The notes below the pieces were generated by a model that worked only from the letters and a program-made list of their open reading frames with translations, ran no database searches and was not told where the DNA came from. Of a stretch of DNA of 64,000 nucleotides, positions 37,459 through 48,381 are shown one piece after another. Each line of letters begins with the position of its first letter. Within the stretch, counting starts at the first letter, position 1. The DNA comes from an uncultured bacterium (GTDB lineage: Bacteria > Patescibacteriota > Minisyncoccia > Phycocordibacterales > UBA9973). The stretch lies in contig CAITQP010000009.1 of the NCBI GenBank assembly GCA_903894565.1, positions 8,576-72,575 on the forward strand, given 5' to 3'. The translations under genes and the position numbers were made by a program.

Positions 37459-38577
37459 TTATTTCAAAGCCTTAATTCCAGGCAATGTTCCCTTCGCGAG
37501 ATAGTCGAGCGTCGCACCGCCACCGGTTGAGACGAAAGTAAATTTGTCTGCGAGCTTCTTGCGTTCGACGAGTACTGAGGTGTCCCCGCCGCCGATGATT
37601 GTTTCCGCCTTTGCTTCAGCAAGCAGTTTCAAAAGTGCGCCTGTTGCCTTTGTATATCCTCCTTCGTAATATCCCATTGGTCCATTCCAGAGAATGAGTT
37701 TCGCTTTTTTGATTATCGGTGCGAGCGCCTCGATCGAGGGCACACCGACATCGAGAATTGATTCATCTGTTTGAACATCATTCACAGAAGTCGTGCGAGA
37801 TTTTTTGTTCGCATTCGCGACGACGACACTTTCGGGCATAATGAGTTTCTTGTTCTTGATCATCGCGCCAAGTGGAGGAAGATTCTCATCAGTCTTCGAT
37901 GTTCCGACGTTTGCACCATTTGCTTTGAAAAAATTGTTCGCGAGAATTCCTCCGATGAACACGTTGTCTGCTTCTTTAAGGTATCGTTTCAAAAGTGGAA
38001 TCTTGGTTTCAGCTTTGCCTCCGCCGAGAATGAAAAGGAATGGACGTTTTGGTTTCAATACTTTTGAAAGCTCTTTTACTTCCCGTTCAAACTGTAACCC
38101 CGCATAGGAAGGCAGGAGTTTTGCGAGAGCAACAACTGACGCATCTGCACGGTGTGAGACAGGAAATGCTTCGTTGACATACATATCACCAAGCGCGGCG
38201 AGTGCTTTTGCAAATACTTTGTCGCCAGCCTTCTCACCGGGATTCGAACGAAGATTTTCGAGCAAAACAACATCGCCATTTTTCATATCTGCGAGTGCTT
38301 CCTCAACTTTTGTTCCAAGCAATTCTTCGACGAAACGTACGGGTACATGTTTTTTGAGCGCACGATATACGGGCTTGAGGGATTCTTCTGGGTCACGACC
38401 GATGTGACTGATAAGAACAACACGTGCCCCTTTTTTCTGAAGGAGCTTGATTGTTGGCAATGCAACGAGAATACGTGTGGCATCGAGAATCTTGCCATCG
38501 GCAAGTGGAACATTGAAATCTGCGCGCACGAGTACGTATTTGCCTTTGCAATCCTTGATTGATTTAACGGAGGTCAT
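37459..38577 (-). CDS. pgk: phosphoglycerate kinase
   Basis: VRADFNVP, SHIGR, LLENLR, WNGPMG, GGGDT, STGGGA; start at ATG 38577. Confidence 0.97.
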   Translation of the reverse strand: MTSVKSIKDCKGKYVLVRADFNVPLADGKILDATRILVALPTIKLLQKKGARVVLISHIGRDPEESLKPVYRALKKHVPVRFVEELLGTKVEEALADMKNGDVVLLENLRSNPGEKAGDKVFAKALAALGDMYVNEAFPVSHRADASVVALAKLLPSYAGLQFEREVKELSKVLKPKRPFLFILGGGKAETKIPLLKRYLKEADNVFIGGILANNFFKANGANVGTSKTDENLPPLGAMIKNKKLIMPESVVVANANKKSRTTSVNDVQTDESILDVGVPSIEALAPIIKKAKLILWNGPMGYYEGGYTKATGALLKLLAEAKAETIIGGGDTSVLVERKKLADKFTFVSTGGGATLDYLAKGTLPGIKALK

Positions 38578-39352
38578 TGGTTGTATTAATAGTATTAGCG
38601 ACTTGTAATAGTGCGACGAACTTTTTTGGAGTAAGACTTGCACGTCCAGGGAGTAATCCGTCAGCGTGTCCCCCAATGAGAAATCCGATCGCGTTCTTTT
38701 CGTCCACAGAACCACCATACAAAATTTTTATTTTCTCCATCGCAGCATTGCCATACAAATCAGAAAGGACTTTTTTGATATAAATGCGCATTTCAAGACA
38801 ATCTTCAGGAGTAGCGTCTCGGCGATTCTCTGTCGTCGAGAGTGCCCAAACAGGCTCGTACGCAATAACAATTTTTTGAGCCGAAGCTTTTGAAATACCA
38901 GCAAAACATTCTTCAATTTGTGTCTTGATTGTACTCAAGTACCACATATCGTGATCTCGTTCCGTTTCTCCAATACAAAGAACGGGGGTCATTTGAGCCA
39001 GGAGCACAAGCATGAGCTTCTTGTTGATAAAGGCATTCGTCTCGCCAAGTGTCCGACGCTCTGAATGACCGAGAATAACGTATTTTGTTTTGATCGATTT
39101 GAGCATCGATACTGAAACTTCACCAGTGAATGCGCCTTCCTTTTCTGCAGAGACGTTTTGGGCGGCAATTGCGAGCGACGTAGTCGCGAGCTTTCCGAGT
39201 GACGAAAGATACACAAACGGAGCAGCAATTCCGGCATCAACATTTCGTAATTTAGGAAGTTGTTTTTTAATTTGGGTAAAATGAGCCTCGGCCTCACGGA
39301 GAGACTTTGGATTCATTTTCCAATTACCAATAACGAGTTTTTTCTTATGCAT
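38564..39352 (-). CDS. tpiA: triosephosphate isomerase
   Basis: GNWKMN, GAFTGEVS, GHSERR, AYEPVWA, LYGGSV; start at ATG 39352. Confidence 0.97.
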   Translation of the reverse strand: MHKKKLVIGNWKMNPKSLREAEAHFTQIKKQLPKLRNVDAGIAAPFVYLSSLGKLATTSLAIAAQNVSAEKEGAFTGEVSVSMLKSIKTKYVILGHSERRTLGETNAFINKKLMLVLLAQMTPVLCIGETERDHDMWYLSTIKTQIEECFAGISKASAQKIVIAYEPVWALSTTENRRDATPEDCLEMRIYIKKVLSDLYGNAAMEKIKILYGGSVDEKNAIGFLIGGHADGLLPGRASLTPKKFVALLQVANTINTTNDLR

Positions 39353-39424
39353 GGGTGGATTATAGCACGCCCGCGCGCGCACAAAAATGCACTCTACGCC
39401 AAATACTCGAGGCGCGCGGGCGTG

Positions 39425-40702
39425 CTAATTTGTCTCTTTCCAAAACAGAATTGTCGGCGGTGTGCTTGCCCCAGTTGAAAATACCGTTCCGAGAAGTGCC
39501 GAATCATATGTAACCGAGGAAGTATCAGCAAGATGCACGGCCTGCCCCGCCACAAAACTCGCTGAGGCAGTCCCATTGAGTACTGCCGTTCCTCCACGTG
39601 CATACACGATTGCAGAACCTGTTCCTCGATACAATACAGCACTGGTACTTGTACTATTTGAAAGGAGTAAAACATAGCTTCCCGGAGTCCCCGAACCGAC
39701 AATATGACTCGCACCTGAAGTTGTAATCGTACCATCGACAATAATCATTCCACTATTTGCTCCAAAACTTGAAGAGAGGTTGATGCTTCCTGCCCCTGTA
39801 ATCGTAAGATTCCCTGTCACCCAGAGAACACCCGAGAGCGTCAAATTCGCAGAATCTGGTATCGTCAGGTCGCCACTAATCTTTTTTGGGCCAAGCGTAA
39901 CTCCAGCCAAAGAAACACTGTAACTTCCAGAGATAACTCCCCCGCTCACAGCATCTGCTTCCCACCCCGAAATATCAGTACTCGTAATTGGAAGCTCTTC
40001 GTAGACAGGATCAGGATAAGTCGAACACGGACCAGAAGAACTCACCACGAGCGTACAGTAGAGTACCCCCGTCGCGTTCGTATAATCAACAGTATGTGCA
40101 TACACATTACCAACACCACCAACGCCCACATGAATCGGATGCGCAGCATCTTCTCCCGTAATCACCCCATACGTCCCCGACGATGAATTCGCAACAGTCG
40201 CAGTACCACCAATACTTACACCATCTTGTCCATGAACCTGCGCGTCTGCGTGAATATCACCCGTAACTGAGGATGAATCGGCCATGTCCAAACCTCCATC
40301 GTCAGTCATTACCGCGTAGCGAAGTGGGATTCCCGTGCCAACAATCGCACGCAATGTACTGGTACGTTCGTCTCCTAATGAGTTCCCAGTGCCGGCAATC
40401 TCCTCAACACCTCCACCCATATTTGTGATTGTTGTCGCAGCAGAAACATTGCCAATAAAAAATGAGGTGCTTGAACCAAGGTGCATTCCATTTTTAAGAC
40501 GATAATATGCATCCTCAACTCCAGATTCTCCTGCACTATAACTTTGACGTGAAGTAATTGCATCAAGTCCAATACGATACTCACGTGCCGCGGGAGCAGA
40601 CAATCCAAGCACGAGAAGTACCGAGGCGAGAATAAAGAAGATCACTGCGATCATCATCGCAGCTCCCCGTTCAGTATTTTGTTGGAATAATTGCATACTC
40701 AT
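39425..40702 (-). CDS. PilX-like minor pilin
   Basis: ERGAAMMIAVIF, AGESGVEDAYYRL. Confidence 0.75.
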   Translation of the reverse strand: MSMQLFQQNTERGAAMMIAVIFFILASVLLVLGLSAPAAREYRIGLDAITSRQSYSAGESGVEDAYYRLKNGMHLGSSTSFFIGNVSAATTITNMGGGVEEIAGTGNSLGDERTSTLRAIVGTGIPLRYAVMTDDGGLDMADSSSVTGDIHADAQVHGQDGVSIGGTATVANSSSGTYGVITGEDAAHPIHVGVGGVGNVYAHTVDYTNATGVLYCTLVVSSSGPCSTYPDPVYEELPITSTDISGWEADAVSGGVISGSYSVSLAGVTLGPKKISGDLTIPDSANLTLSGVLWVTGNLTITGAGSINLSSSFGANSGMIIVDGTITTSGASHIVGSGTPGSYVLLLSNSTSTSAVLYRGTGSAIVYARGGTAVLNGTASASFVAGQAVHLADTSSVTYDSALLGTVFSTGASTPPTILFWKETN

Positions 40703-40708
40703 ATTCGT

Positions 40709-41257
40709 TTAATAACTTCCACGAAGCGCGACAGTATCAGTCAACGATATCGAACGATCAATTGGCGAGCGGAGTGAATGAAGTGTCATTTCAACACGCA
40801 CGGCACTTCCGTGTGCTGAAACAATTTTCCGGAAAATAAGAGACGTAACTGAAACACTTTCTCCCGTCAGATCTGTTGCCGCACCATAACTGCTATCGGT
40901 CATTTCAAGCGCTCCACTGACCGTATCAAATACTACTGTTTTTGGTGCACCTGAAACATCAGTCGCGTTTAATTTAAGGACCCCGGGATTTGTAGCAAAC
41001 ACGCTTGTGGTCAAATCAATACTTGTTGCTCCACGTATTTCACGAGTGACTCGCTCCATTGATACATGTGCCGAATCAAGTAGATCGTTTGTCGAACGCA
41101 TCACTCGATAACTCTTGGTCATGCCGATCAAACAACTAATCAACACCGTTGAGAGTGTAATAAAAAGCATCATGTACACAATAATTTCAACGAACGAATA
41201 CCCTCCCTCTGAATGAGTCTTATCGCCAGTATGTAATTGCTGTTTTCTATTCCACAT
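40709..41257 (-). CDS. PilW/GspJ-like prepilin
   Basis: GYSFVEIIVY prepilin cleavage motif; SMERVTREIRGA. Confidence 0.8.
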   Translation of the reverse strand: MWNRKQQLHTGDKTHSEGGYSFVEIIVYMMLFITLSTVLISCLIGMTKSYRVMRSTNDLLDSAHVSMERVTREIRGATSIDLTTSVFATNPGVLKLNATDVSGAPKTVVFDTVSGALEMTDSSYGAATDLTGESVSVTSLIFRKIVSAHGSAVRVEMTLHSLRSPIDRSISLTDTVALRGSY

Positions 41258-41260
41258 ATA

Positions 41261-41761
41261 TTATGAAAAAATATCCGAGAGATAAAATGAATCCGTCTTC
41301 GTCTGTACCTGTCCGTTACTCTCTCTCCACGTAACAGTTTCCGTAAAGAAACGTGTCCCCGTATCAAGCGTCCCCGAAACATCAATATCATCCCCCGCAT
41401 TACGTACGACGTTCGATGGAACAATCGATCGAGTATATGCACCAACCTGTCCATCTGCCGGGTTTGTTGAAAGCGACCAAGTATTCGTAGCTGAATCAAA
41501 TAGAGGATAGTATGTATCGCCGGCCGTTAAGCTCGAAATAGTTGCCCAGCTGTCGTCTCGAACAATCCGCGTTGCCTCTGATCCCTCTTCAAGTAATAAG
41601 GCAGCCGTATACGTGTTGAGTGCACGATGAGACACCGCAATGGATCTTCCCGCAATCGCAATAATTGAAACGAGTGACAAAGAAATAATCCCCGTTGCGA
41701 TAACGATTTCTACAAGGTTAAATCCTTTCTCTCCTGAATTATGTACAGATGAAAATATCAT
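41261..41761 (-). CDS. PilV-like prepilin
   Basis: KGFNLVEIVIA; EEGSEATR. Confidence 0.8.
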   Translation of the reverse strand: MIFSSVHNSGEKGFNLVEIVIATGIISLSLVSIIAIAGRSIAVSHRALNTYTAALLLEEGSEATRIVRDDSWATISSLTAGDTYYPLFDSATNTWSLSTNPADGQVGAYTRSIVPSNVVRNAGDDIDVSGTLDTGTRFFTETVTWRESNGQVQTKTDSFYLSDIFS

Positions 41762-41782
41762 TTATATTCAAGCACAAAAAAC

Positions 41783-42262
41783 TTATCGACTACTCGCTTG
41801 CCCGGCATGAGTAATTGTAACTGTTTTCGCACCACTTGTAGATGCAGCCTCTCGCACAACAAAAGTGCCGTCTTCTTCTGTATCACCTGTAAGTGAATCA
41901 AAAATAACATCACTACCTCCACCGGTAAGCGATATTGATGTAATCTCTGCAGAACGATCAATCAGTACTACGCGGTTATCTACGGCAGTAGACGAATATG
42001 TCGTACCAGAAAAGAGAACTGCTTTTGTCGTCTCGAGATGTACACCGTATTGAGATCCAGATTCATGAGCGAGCGTACGCGATCGAGCTTCGTCGAGAAG
42101 TGCAGTGACGTCTCCCACACCGTTATCAATCGCTTGATGCCCAAGAAATGTTCCAAGGTTCAACGCAACGACGCCAGACAAAATACCAATCACAACAATA
42201 CCAATCATAAGCTGAAGAAGCATGAAACCTCGTGATTTTTTTTGAGAGAAGAATGATTTCAT
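41783..42262 (-). CDS. FimT/GspH-like prepilin
   Basis: RGFMLLQLMIGI; LDEARSRTLA; YGVH. Confidence 0.75.
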   Translation of the reverse strand: MKSFFSQKKSRGFMLLQLMIGIVVIGILSGVVALNLGTFLGHQAIDNGVGDVTALLDEARSRTLAHESGSQYGVHLETTKAVLFSGTTYSSTAVDNRVVLIDRSAEITSISLTGGGSDVIFDSLTGDTEEDGTFVVREAASTSGAKTVTITHAGQASSR

Positions 42263-42274
42263 ACAATACATTTG

Positions 42275-43492
42275 TTATGACGAAAGTGTACTCACAAGAC
42301 CGTACATCGGTGAAATCATTGATACGGCAAAAAATCCAACGGCAGCCCCGATAAAAATCATAAGTATCGGCTCAACGATCGTTGAAAGATTCTTTGTTTG
42401 GGCATCCACCTCTTCTTCATAATACGTAGCAATATCGGCAAGCATCGATGTTAAGGCACCAGTCTCCTCGCCGACAGCAACCATCTCTCCCACCATGATT
42501 GGATACAGATCTGGTGCTCCTTTAAACACCGAAGAAAGTGTTTCTCCCTTTTGGAGAGCTATACTCGCGCGCTCAAGCACGTCTTTGTAGTATGAATTTT
42601 GCACAACATCTTTTGTGATTGAAAGGGCGCGTGTCATTTCTACGCCCGCAGACAAAAGTGACGAAAGTGTTCGAGCCGTGCGGGCAGTATTTACTTCCTG
42701 AACAATACTTCGAATCGCTGGAAAAGCCAGTGCGATGCGATCATTCGTTCGTTGCATTTGTTTAGAATTAAAAAAGTAGAAAAAAGCAGCAAATACAACA
42801 ACGAGACAATCAAGGAAAAAGATTGGATGAGTTGAAACAGCATCTGAAATCGTAATCACGAATTGAGTCGATGCTGGCAGTTTTGTTCCAAAATCCTTAA
42901 AAATTTTCGTTAGTGTCGGAACGACGAATACAAGCATCAATGCCCCAATAAGCAGAATCGCAGAAATGACAATCGTTGGATACATTAATGCTCCGCGAAC
43001 TTTGCGATTCAATTTATAACTTTTTTCAAGGTTGTCACCGATTTCCTTCAACGTCCCTGCAAGATTTCCTGATTCCTCACCCGCACGTACCATTGATACA
43101 ACAAGCGGAGGAAAAACATCGGCAAATTTTGCGAGACCTTCGGACAAAGTGCCTCCTTGATTGATCGTCGCAAGTAAACCATCAAAAATGGTGACAAGCA
43201 TCGCGTTCTTGTTTTGTTTCTTTTCGACTTCAAGCGCTCGAAACAACGGCAACCCAGCGGAAAGCATGCCCGCCAAGTTATGCATGAATACGATTTTTTC
43301 ATGCAAACTCACATGAGCGAAGATGCGAGAAAATCCAAGTGCTACTCGATTTTTAGGTATGATCTCATGAACAGTAATCGGGGTCTGTGCTCGTTCACGA
43401 AGTTCCTTTGCGACAGTAAAACGATCGGCCGCTTCAAGCGTGCCTTCGATTGTTTCTCCTTGCGCATCTCGCGCTGTATAAGCAAATAGCAT
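42275..43492 (-). CDS. pilC: type IV pilus platform protein PilC (GspF family)
   Basis: MLSAGLPL, MVRAGEESGNL, ALMYP, GEETG, VEPILMI. Confidence 0.95.
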   Translation of the reverse strand: MLFAYTARDAQGETIEGTLEAADRFTVAKELRERAQTPITVHEIIPKNRVALGFSRIFAHVSLHEKIVFMHNLAGMLSAGLPLFRALEVEKKQNKNAMLVTIFDGLLATINQGGTLSEGLAKFADVFPPLVVSMVRAGEESGNLAGTLKEIGDNLEKSYKLNRKVRGALMYPTIVISAILLIGALMLVFVVPTLTKIFKDFGTKLPASTQFVITISDAVSTHPIFFLDCLVVVFAAFFYFFNSKQMQRTNDRIALAFPAIRSIVQEVNTARTARTLSSLLSAGVEMTRALSITKDVVQNSYYKDVLERASIALQKGETLSSVFKGAPDLYPIMVGEMVAVGEETGALTSMLADIATYYEEEVDAQTKNLSTIVEPILMIFIGAAVGFFAVSMISPMYGLVSTLSS

Positions 43493-43503
43493 TGTAGTAA
43501 AAA

Positions 43504-45255
43504 TTATTCAGAGATAACACGGAGCACTTCCTCTGTCGTCGTCAGTCCCTGCACCGCAAGGAAAATCCCATCCTCAAGCATCGTCATCATTCCCTCCTTA
43601 CGTGCTTGATCGTTGATCAAGTCTTGAGACGCACCCTTCAAGATCAATTCTCGGATTGTTTGTGTCACGGTCAGCACCTCGTGAATTCCAACACGTCCTT
43701 TGTAACCATCTTCTGACTCTTCGCTTTTCTTTGGGCGGTAAAATGGAATTTGTTGCCAGGTAATCGTCGCATCAATAATTTTTTCTTTTTTCAAAAGTGC
43801 GAGCATCGCATCAAGATCAATGAGTTTACCGAGGGCTGCGAGTTCGGCATCGTTCAGCACATACTTTTCGCGCGCATGAGTGAGTCGGCGAACAAGACGC
43901 TGCGCCATCACTGTCTTTACTGTTGATACGATCAAGAATGGCTCAATACCCATATCAATCATACGAGGAATCGCTCCAGCGGCACTGTTCGTATGTATAG
44001 TTGAAAGCACTAGGTGACCAGTCAGCGAAGCATTCACTGCAAGGCCAGCTGTTTCTCCGTCACGAATTTCTCCCACCATGATGATGTCCGGATCCTGACG
44101 AAGCAATGTGCGAAGGCCGTTTGCAAACGTAAGACCGATCTCAGGTTTTACTTGTGTCTGGTTGATGCGTGGTACCTGATATTCGATTGGATCTTCAACA
44201 GTAGAGATGTTCACATCAGGAGTATTCAGAATATCGAGCATCGTATAAAGTGTGGTTGTTTTTCCACTTCCTGTTGGTCCAGCCGCAAGAATCATTCCTG
44301 CGCGTTGCTTCATCGCCGCATGAATACGTTCAAGCGCGTCACCGTGAAATCCAAGATTCTCAAGTGTATATCCATGTGAACTTTCACGGAGCAAACGAAG
44401 TACCGTCTTCTCACCATAGTAGGTTGGGAGTGTCGAAACACGGAAAGAGACTTTTTCTCCATCGCTTTCCATCTTGAAACGACCGTCTTGAGGAAGACGT
44501 TTTTCGTCGAGCTTCAATCCTGAAAGCACTTTGATACGGGCAGTCAAACCTGGCGCGACATCTTTTGGTAACGTCATCGCATCATGCAAAATACCATCGA
44601 TGCGATAGCGAACAACAAGCGATTCCTCTCCTGGCTCAATATGAATGTCAGATGCATTCTGACTGATCGCATGAGCAATAAGCGTGTCGGCAATTTTAAC
44701 AATAGGCAAATCTTCGGCAAGTGCTTTCAATTCCTTTTCACTTGCGTCAGCAGGCAATCCTTCAGCAATCGTTTTCGCAGAAACTGATTCCTTGGCGATA
44801 ATCGCATCGAATTCTGCTTTGAGACTTTTCTTGTATTGCTGAAGTGCCGATTTGATCGAAGCCTCATCAGTCAAACATGGAACAATCTTGAGTCCAGTCT
44901 TTTTCTTTACGAAATCAATCGTCGGGAGATCGTCAACATCAAGCATCGCGACCTGAAGACGATCGTCATTGCGCTTGAAGGCAACGACATTGTTTGTGCG
45001 AGCAATTGGTTCTGGAATCAGTGCAAGTACTTCTGGCTCAATTTTTTCATTTCCGAGGAATACAAACGGAATACCGATCACGTAAGCTTCAATACGTTTC
45101 AAATCTGCTGCTTTCAACTTTCCAGCTGCGACGAGCGCTTGTCCAATTTTTTCTCCCTTCCCTTCAATTGTTTTTTCTGCAGCGGTAATGTCTGTTGTCG
45201 ACACAAGTCCACTTTCAACAATAAATCTTTTGAGTTGCTCAGGATTAATTTGCAT
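43504..45255 (-). CDS. pilB: type IV pilus assembly ATPase PilB (GspE family)
   Basis: ASDIHIEP, RLPQDGR, GPTGSGKTTTLY, EDPIEY, LRQDPDIIMVGEIRD, TGHLVLSTIHTN. Confidence 0.96.
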   Translation of the reverse strand: MQINPEQLKRFIVESGLVSTTDITAAEKTIEGKGEKIGQALVAAGKLKAADLKRIEAYVIGIPFVFLGNEKIEPEVLALIPEPIARTNNVVAFKRNDDRLQVAMLDVDDLPTIDFVKKKTGLKIVPCLTDEASIKSALQQYKKSLKAEFDAIIAKESVSAKTIAEGLPADASEKELKALAEDLPIVKIADTLIAHAISQNASDIHIEPGEESLVVRYRIDGILHDAMTLPKDVAPGLTARIKVLSGLKLDEKRLPQDGRFKMESDGEKVSFRVSTLPTYYGEKTVLRLLRESSHGYTLENLGFHGDALERIHAAMKQRAGMILAAGPTGSGKTTTLYTMLDILNTPDVNISTVEDPIEYQVPRINQTQVKPEIGLTFANGLRTLLRQDPDIIMVGEIRDGETAGLAVNASLTGHLVLSTIHTNSAAGAIPRMIDMGIEPFLIVSTVKTVMAQRLVRRLTHAREKYVLNDAELAALGKLIDLDAMLALLKKEKIIDATITWQQIPFYRPKKSEESEDGYKGRVGIHEVLTVTQTIRELILKGASQDLINDQARKEGMMTMLEDGIFLAVQGLTTTEEVLRVISE

Positions 45256-45367
45256 TTGATGAATTAAATTACTCCTAGTAGTATACCAAAAAAAGAAATC
45301 TTACGACAGTAAATGAGACAAGTGGAAATGTATTTACTGATCTAAAAAATGAATCTCCGAGCTATTC

Positions 45368-45408
45368 AAAAAAATAACCTGTCTCGAAATCGAGACAGGT
45401 TATTTTTT
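45368..45408 (-). terminator. terminator after the surface-protein operon
   Basis: AAAAAATAACCTGTCTCG-AAAT-CGAGACAGGTTATTTTTT. Confidence 0.75.
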
Positions 45409-45427
45409 AAATGATTTATGTATTCAA

Positions 45428-46750
45428 TTATGGTGTGACTGGCGTCAACAAGTATCCAGCGACAGGGAGTGGCCAAATATAGTGACCAGATGATCCTCCA
45501 CAGTAAGGGTGCGTTGTGGTAATACCATTCCAATAATAACCACTGTATGTACCAGCTCCACCACTGAGATATGATGAGCCATTGTCAGAAAAATATGCAC
45601 ATCCATAACCGTTTGAAGGATTTGAGATAACAGTGTAGAGCGGTGCGATGTTACCAGCGTGCAAAACGGTCGTAGCAACAGATGTCGCTTTGATCGCGTA
45701 AGCATATCCTGGAGCAGGATCTGTATACGTTGTATTCGCAAAATGCGATTCATTTCCAGTAACATTTATTCCTCCACCGACTACATCAAGCTTCGATCCA
45801 GAGGTGACAGCACCTGAACCTCCAAGTTTCAATGCACCTTGAATAGTAACCTGACCAGTCGATCCATCAATAGACATATGTCCACCAAGAACACCCGGAC
45901 CATCAAAATTCACAGTACCAGGAGCGACACTCAACACGGGGCTTGTTCCGTAATCGACGTCTGCACCGATACGTGATGTACCTGAGACAAAGAGTTTTGT
46001 ACTTGGGTAGATGTTTGTAGCCGTACCAAGCATCACAGTACCAGGGTTCGTATTATAAAGGCTGGTTCCTGAAACTGTCCAAGAGGGAGCAGTGGTTGTT
46101 CCGGTTGATGCCGTTGGACAATTCGATCCGTTCTGAAGACAGACTGGAATACCTTGAACATAAATTGTGTTGTAACCACTTGTACTTGTCGCAGGGACAG
46201 TACTTCCATCGTTTTGTGCGATACCGAGCGATCCACGAATACCAACACTTCCCGCAAACAACGCAGCACTTTGAGGCAAATTGGTCGCCGAATATGTTCC
46301 AACCAACGGATCGGCCTTCACATATAACTTAGGGACTTTTGCTGTTCCACTAACAGTAAACGTCGACCCGATAGAGACCAATCCTTGCAAGAAGGTAGCT
46401 CCCCAGTTTGAAAATCCATCGGTATCGGTAATTCCATTCACAGTGAATTTTGATACTGGTACCCAACCAGCAATTGGCGTAGGACACGGAATCGTTCCAA
46501 CGGTAAGATGTCCGTCCTTTTGTTGATCGAGTGATCCCACATTGATTGGAGCAGTAACATTTCCGGCCGGAGCAGTCGACGTTGGTGGTGTCCACGATGA
46601 AGCACCGTATGTTGAACAACCACTCGTACCTGTTGTCGTGGTCGTTGAACCAGAGCCTCCGGATGAGACGAGTGCAGCGTTTGCTAGTGGAGTAAAAGCA
46701 AGAAACGCGAGAACAAAAACTGAGAGACCGATTTTTTTTACCATATACAT
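45428..46750 (-). CDS. secreted fibre/adhesin-like protein
   Basis: Signal peptide; Thr/Ser/Gly-rich; PTSTAPAGNVTAPINVG...QQKDG motif recalled from CPR surface proteins. Confidence 0.75.
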   Translation of the reverse strand: MYMVKKIGLSVFVLAFLAFTPLANAALVSSGGSGSTTTTTGTSGCSTYGASSWTPPTSTAPAGNVTAPINVGSLDQQKDGHLTVGTIPCPTPIAGWVPVSKFTVNGITDTDGFSNWGATFLQGLVSIGSTFTVSGTAKVPKLYVKADPLVGTYSATNLPQSAALFAGSVGIRGSLGIAQNDGSTVPATSTSGYNTIYVQGIPVCLQNGSNCPTASTGTTTAPSWTVSGTSLYNTNPGTVMLGTATNIYPSTKLFVSGTSRIGADVDYGTSPVLSVAPGTVNFDGPGVLGGHMSIDGSTGQVTIQGALKLGGSGAVTSGSKLDVVGGGINVTGNESHFANTTYTDPAPGYAYAIKATSVATTVLHAGNIAPLYTVISNPSNGYGCAYFSDNGSSYLSGGAGTYSGYYWNGITTTHPYCGGSSGHYIWPLPVAGYLLTPVTP

Positions 46751-46776
46751 TATATTAATTGATTAAATAATAAGGA

Positions 46777-48369
46777 TTATTTCTCTTGCCAAGGGAACGA
46801 GCCTCGAATTCCAGTACCACCTGACGAACCAATCGTGATCGTTGCTGGACTACATGATGAAACTCCAACAACTGAAACACTTGGCCCCGCATTCACGACT
46901 ATTGAACTTGAGACTGTTGGCATAGGTCCATCAATCATGAGTCCAAGACGTCCTGCTGAAGTCGTGATGCTTGAGGCAGGCAGACCTGTCGTCATATCTA
47001 CAAATGTAGCAGTCAGACCAGGAGCCCCAGTTAAATCTACCGTGAAATCTGTACTGTGGAATGTCGGAGTCCACGCAATATTTAACGAAACTTCGAAATG
47101 TACATGCGTACCTGATGGCGCAAAGTATGGTCCTGGACGGATAGCACAGGAAGGAGTGTCTGTCGGAGGAACATTCACAAGAACTGTGTCGTTTACAACA
47201 GAAGTACCCGTACATTGTATCTTGTAAACATATGTCATCGTACTAACCGTAGTATTTTCTGGAAGAGTAATGAGCGTACCGGTACTTGATGTTCCAATCG
47301 TTGTTGTTGGACTCCAGTCTGACATCGAAGGTGTCGATGAAGCAGTACACGAGGTCACGTCAGTAGATGAAGTCCACAAAAGTGTCTCTGCGCCACCGGA
47401 CCAGTCAGGCATCGTGATCGGTCCATCAGTTGGACCACTTGATCCTTCGATCTTCAGATCCACGTACGGAGCACTTGTTACGCCTCCAACAATCACCTGT
47501 ATCGAATCAGAAATAGGTGATGATCCAGTTGCCGTAGGATTACAAGTGACCTTATAGGTATATGTTGCAGGTGTACTTAATGAGTAACTCACCACAGAAC
47601 TTGTACTCGAAACAGGTACTGAGCCAGACCAATCGGTCGCAGATGAAATAGTCGAAGGAGAAACTGAAGCTGAACAAGAGGAGACACCGGTTGAAGTCCA
47701 CTTGAGCTGTGCTGTGCCAGTGCCTGTCGACGAAACCACATTCAATGGCCCATTCGTAAACGTGAGGAGTGCTGGATCGAAAACAGTAAGATCAACGGTT
47801 GCTGAGACAGCCGAACTCATTGTTACGCGGCTAAAATCAACCCATCCAATAGTATATGAGCCCCACGCATAACCTGAATAGGTGCCAGTAGATGAGTCAA
47901 CAGTAACGCCATACAAACTACCGCTTGTCGGGCTAAGACTAATACAACCGTCAGCGCCATTTGTATATGCACTACTTATTGCGCGTGCCCATCCCGTCAT
48001 GCGTCCGCTAGCAAATGAAGCTTGTGATCCACAAAATGAGACGTCGGCCGGATTAAATGAAACCCATCCAACGTTTGAACTCCACGCATAACCAGAAAAG
48101 AGTTGCGTAGTAGCATCAAGTGTAACTTTATAGTTTGAAGTAGAACAAACGCTTCCACCAACCGTGCTTCCTTCAGCGCAGTTAAGACTAAACCAGCCCA
48201 CCGTTGAGCTCCATGCATATCCGTGAAGATCACCAGAAAGACCTGAAGCCGCATGAGCGGTACGTGGTGAGGCAGAAGTGTATGCGATTGAAGCAACTAA
48301 TCCAAGAGCACAAACCAGTACTCCTAAGATAACGCTATTTTGCTTCACTATTTTTTTAAAAGTATTCAT
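46777..48369 (-). CDS. secreted surface protein with GYAWS..GW repeats and Ig-like LxW..C..C modules
   Basis: GYAWSSTVGW, GYAWSSNVGWVSFN, GWAR, GYAWGS..GW; LKWTSTGVSSC...YKVTC occurs twice. Confidence 0.8.
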   Translation of the reverse strand: MNTFKKIVKQNSVILGVLVCALGLVASIAYTSASPRTAHAASGLSGDLHGYAWSSTVGWFSLNCAEGSTVGGSVCSTSNYKVTLDATTQLFSGYAWSSNVGWVSFNPADVSFCGSQASFASGRMTGWARAISSAYTNGADGCISLSPTSGSLYGVTVDSSTGTYSGYAWGSYTIGWVDFSRVTMSSAVSATVDLTVFDPALLTFTNGPLNVVSSTGTGTAQLKWTSTGVSSCSASVSPSTISSATDWSGSVPVSSTSSVVSYSLSTPATYTYKVTCNPTATGSSPISDSIQVIVGGVTSAPYVDLKIEGSSGPTDGPITMPDWSGGAETLLWTSSTDVTSCTASSTPSMSDWSPTTTIGTSSTGTLITLPENTTVSTMTYVYKIQCTGTSVVNDTVLVNVPPTDTPSCAIRPGPYFAPSGTHVHFEVSLNIAWTPTFHSTDFTVDLTGAPGLTATFVDMTTGLPASSITTSAGRLGLMIDGPMPTVSSSIVVNAGPSVSVVGVSSCSPATITIGSSGGTGIRGSFPWQEK

Positions 48370-48381
48370 ATTGTGTAGTGT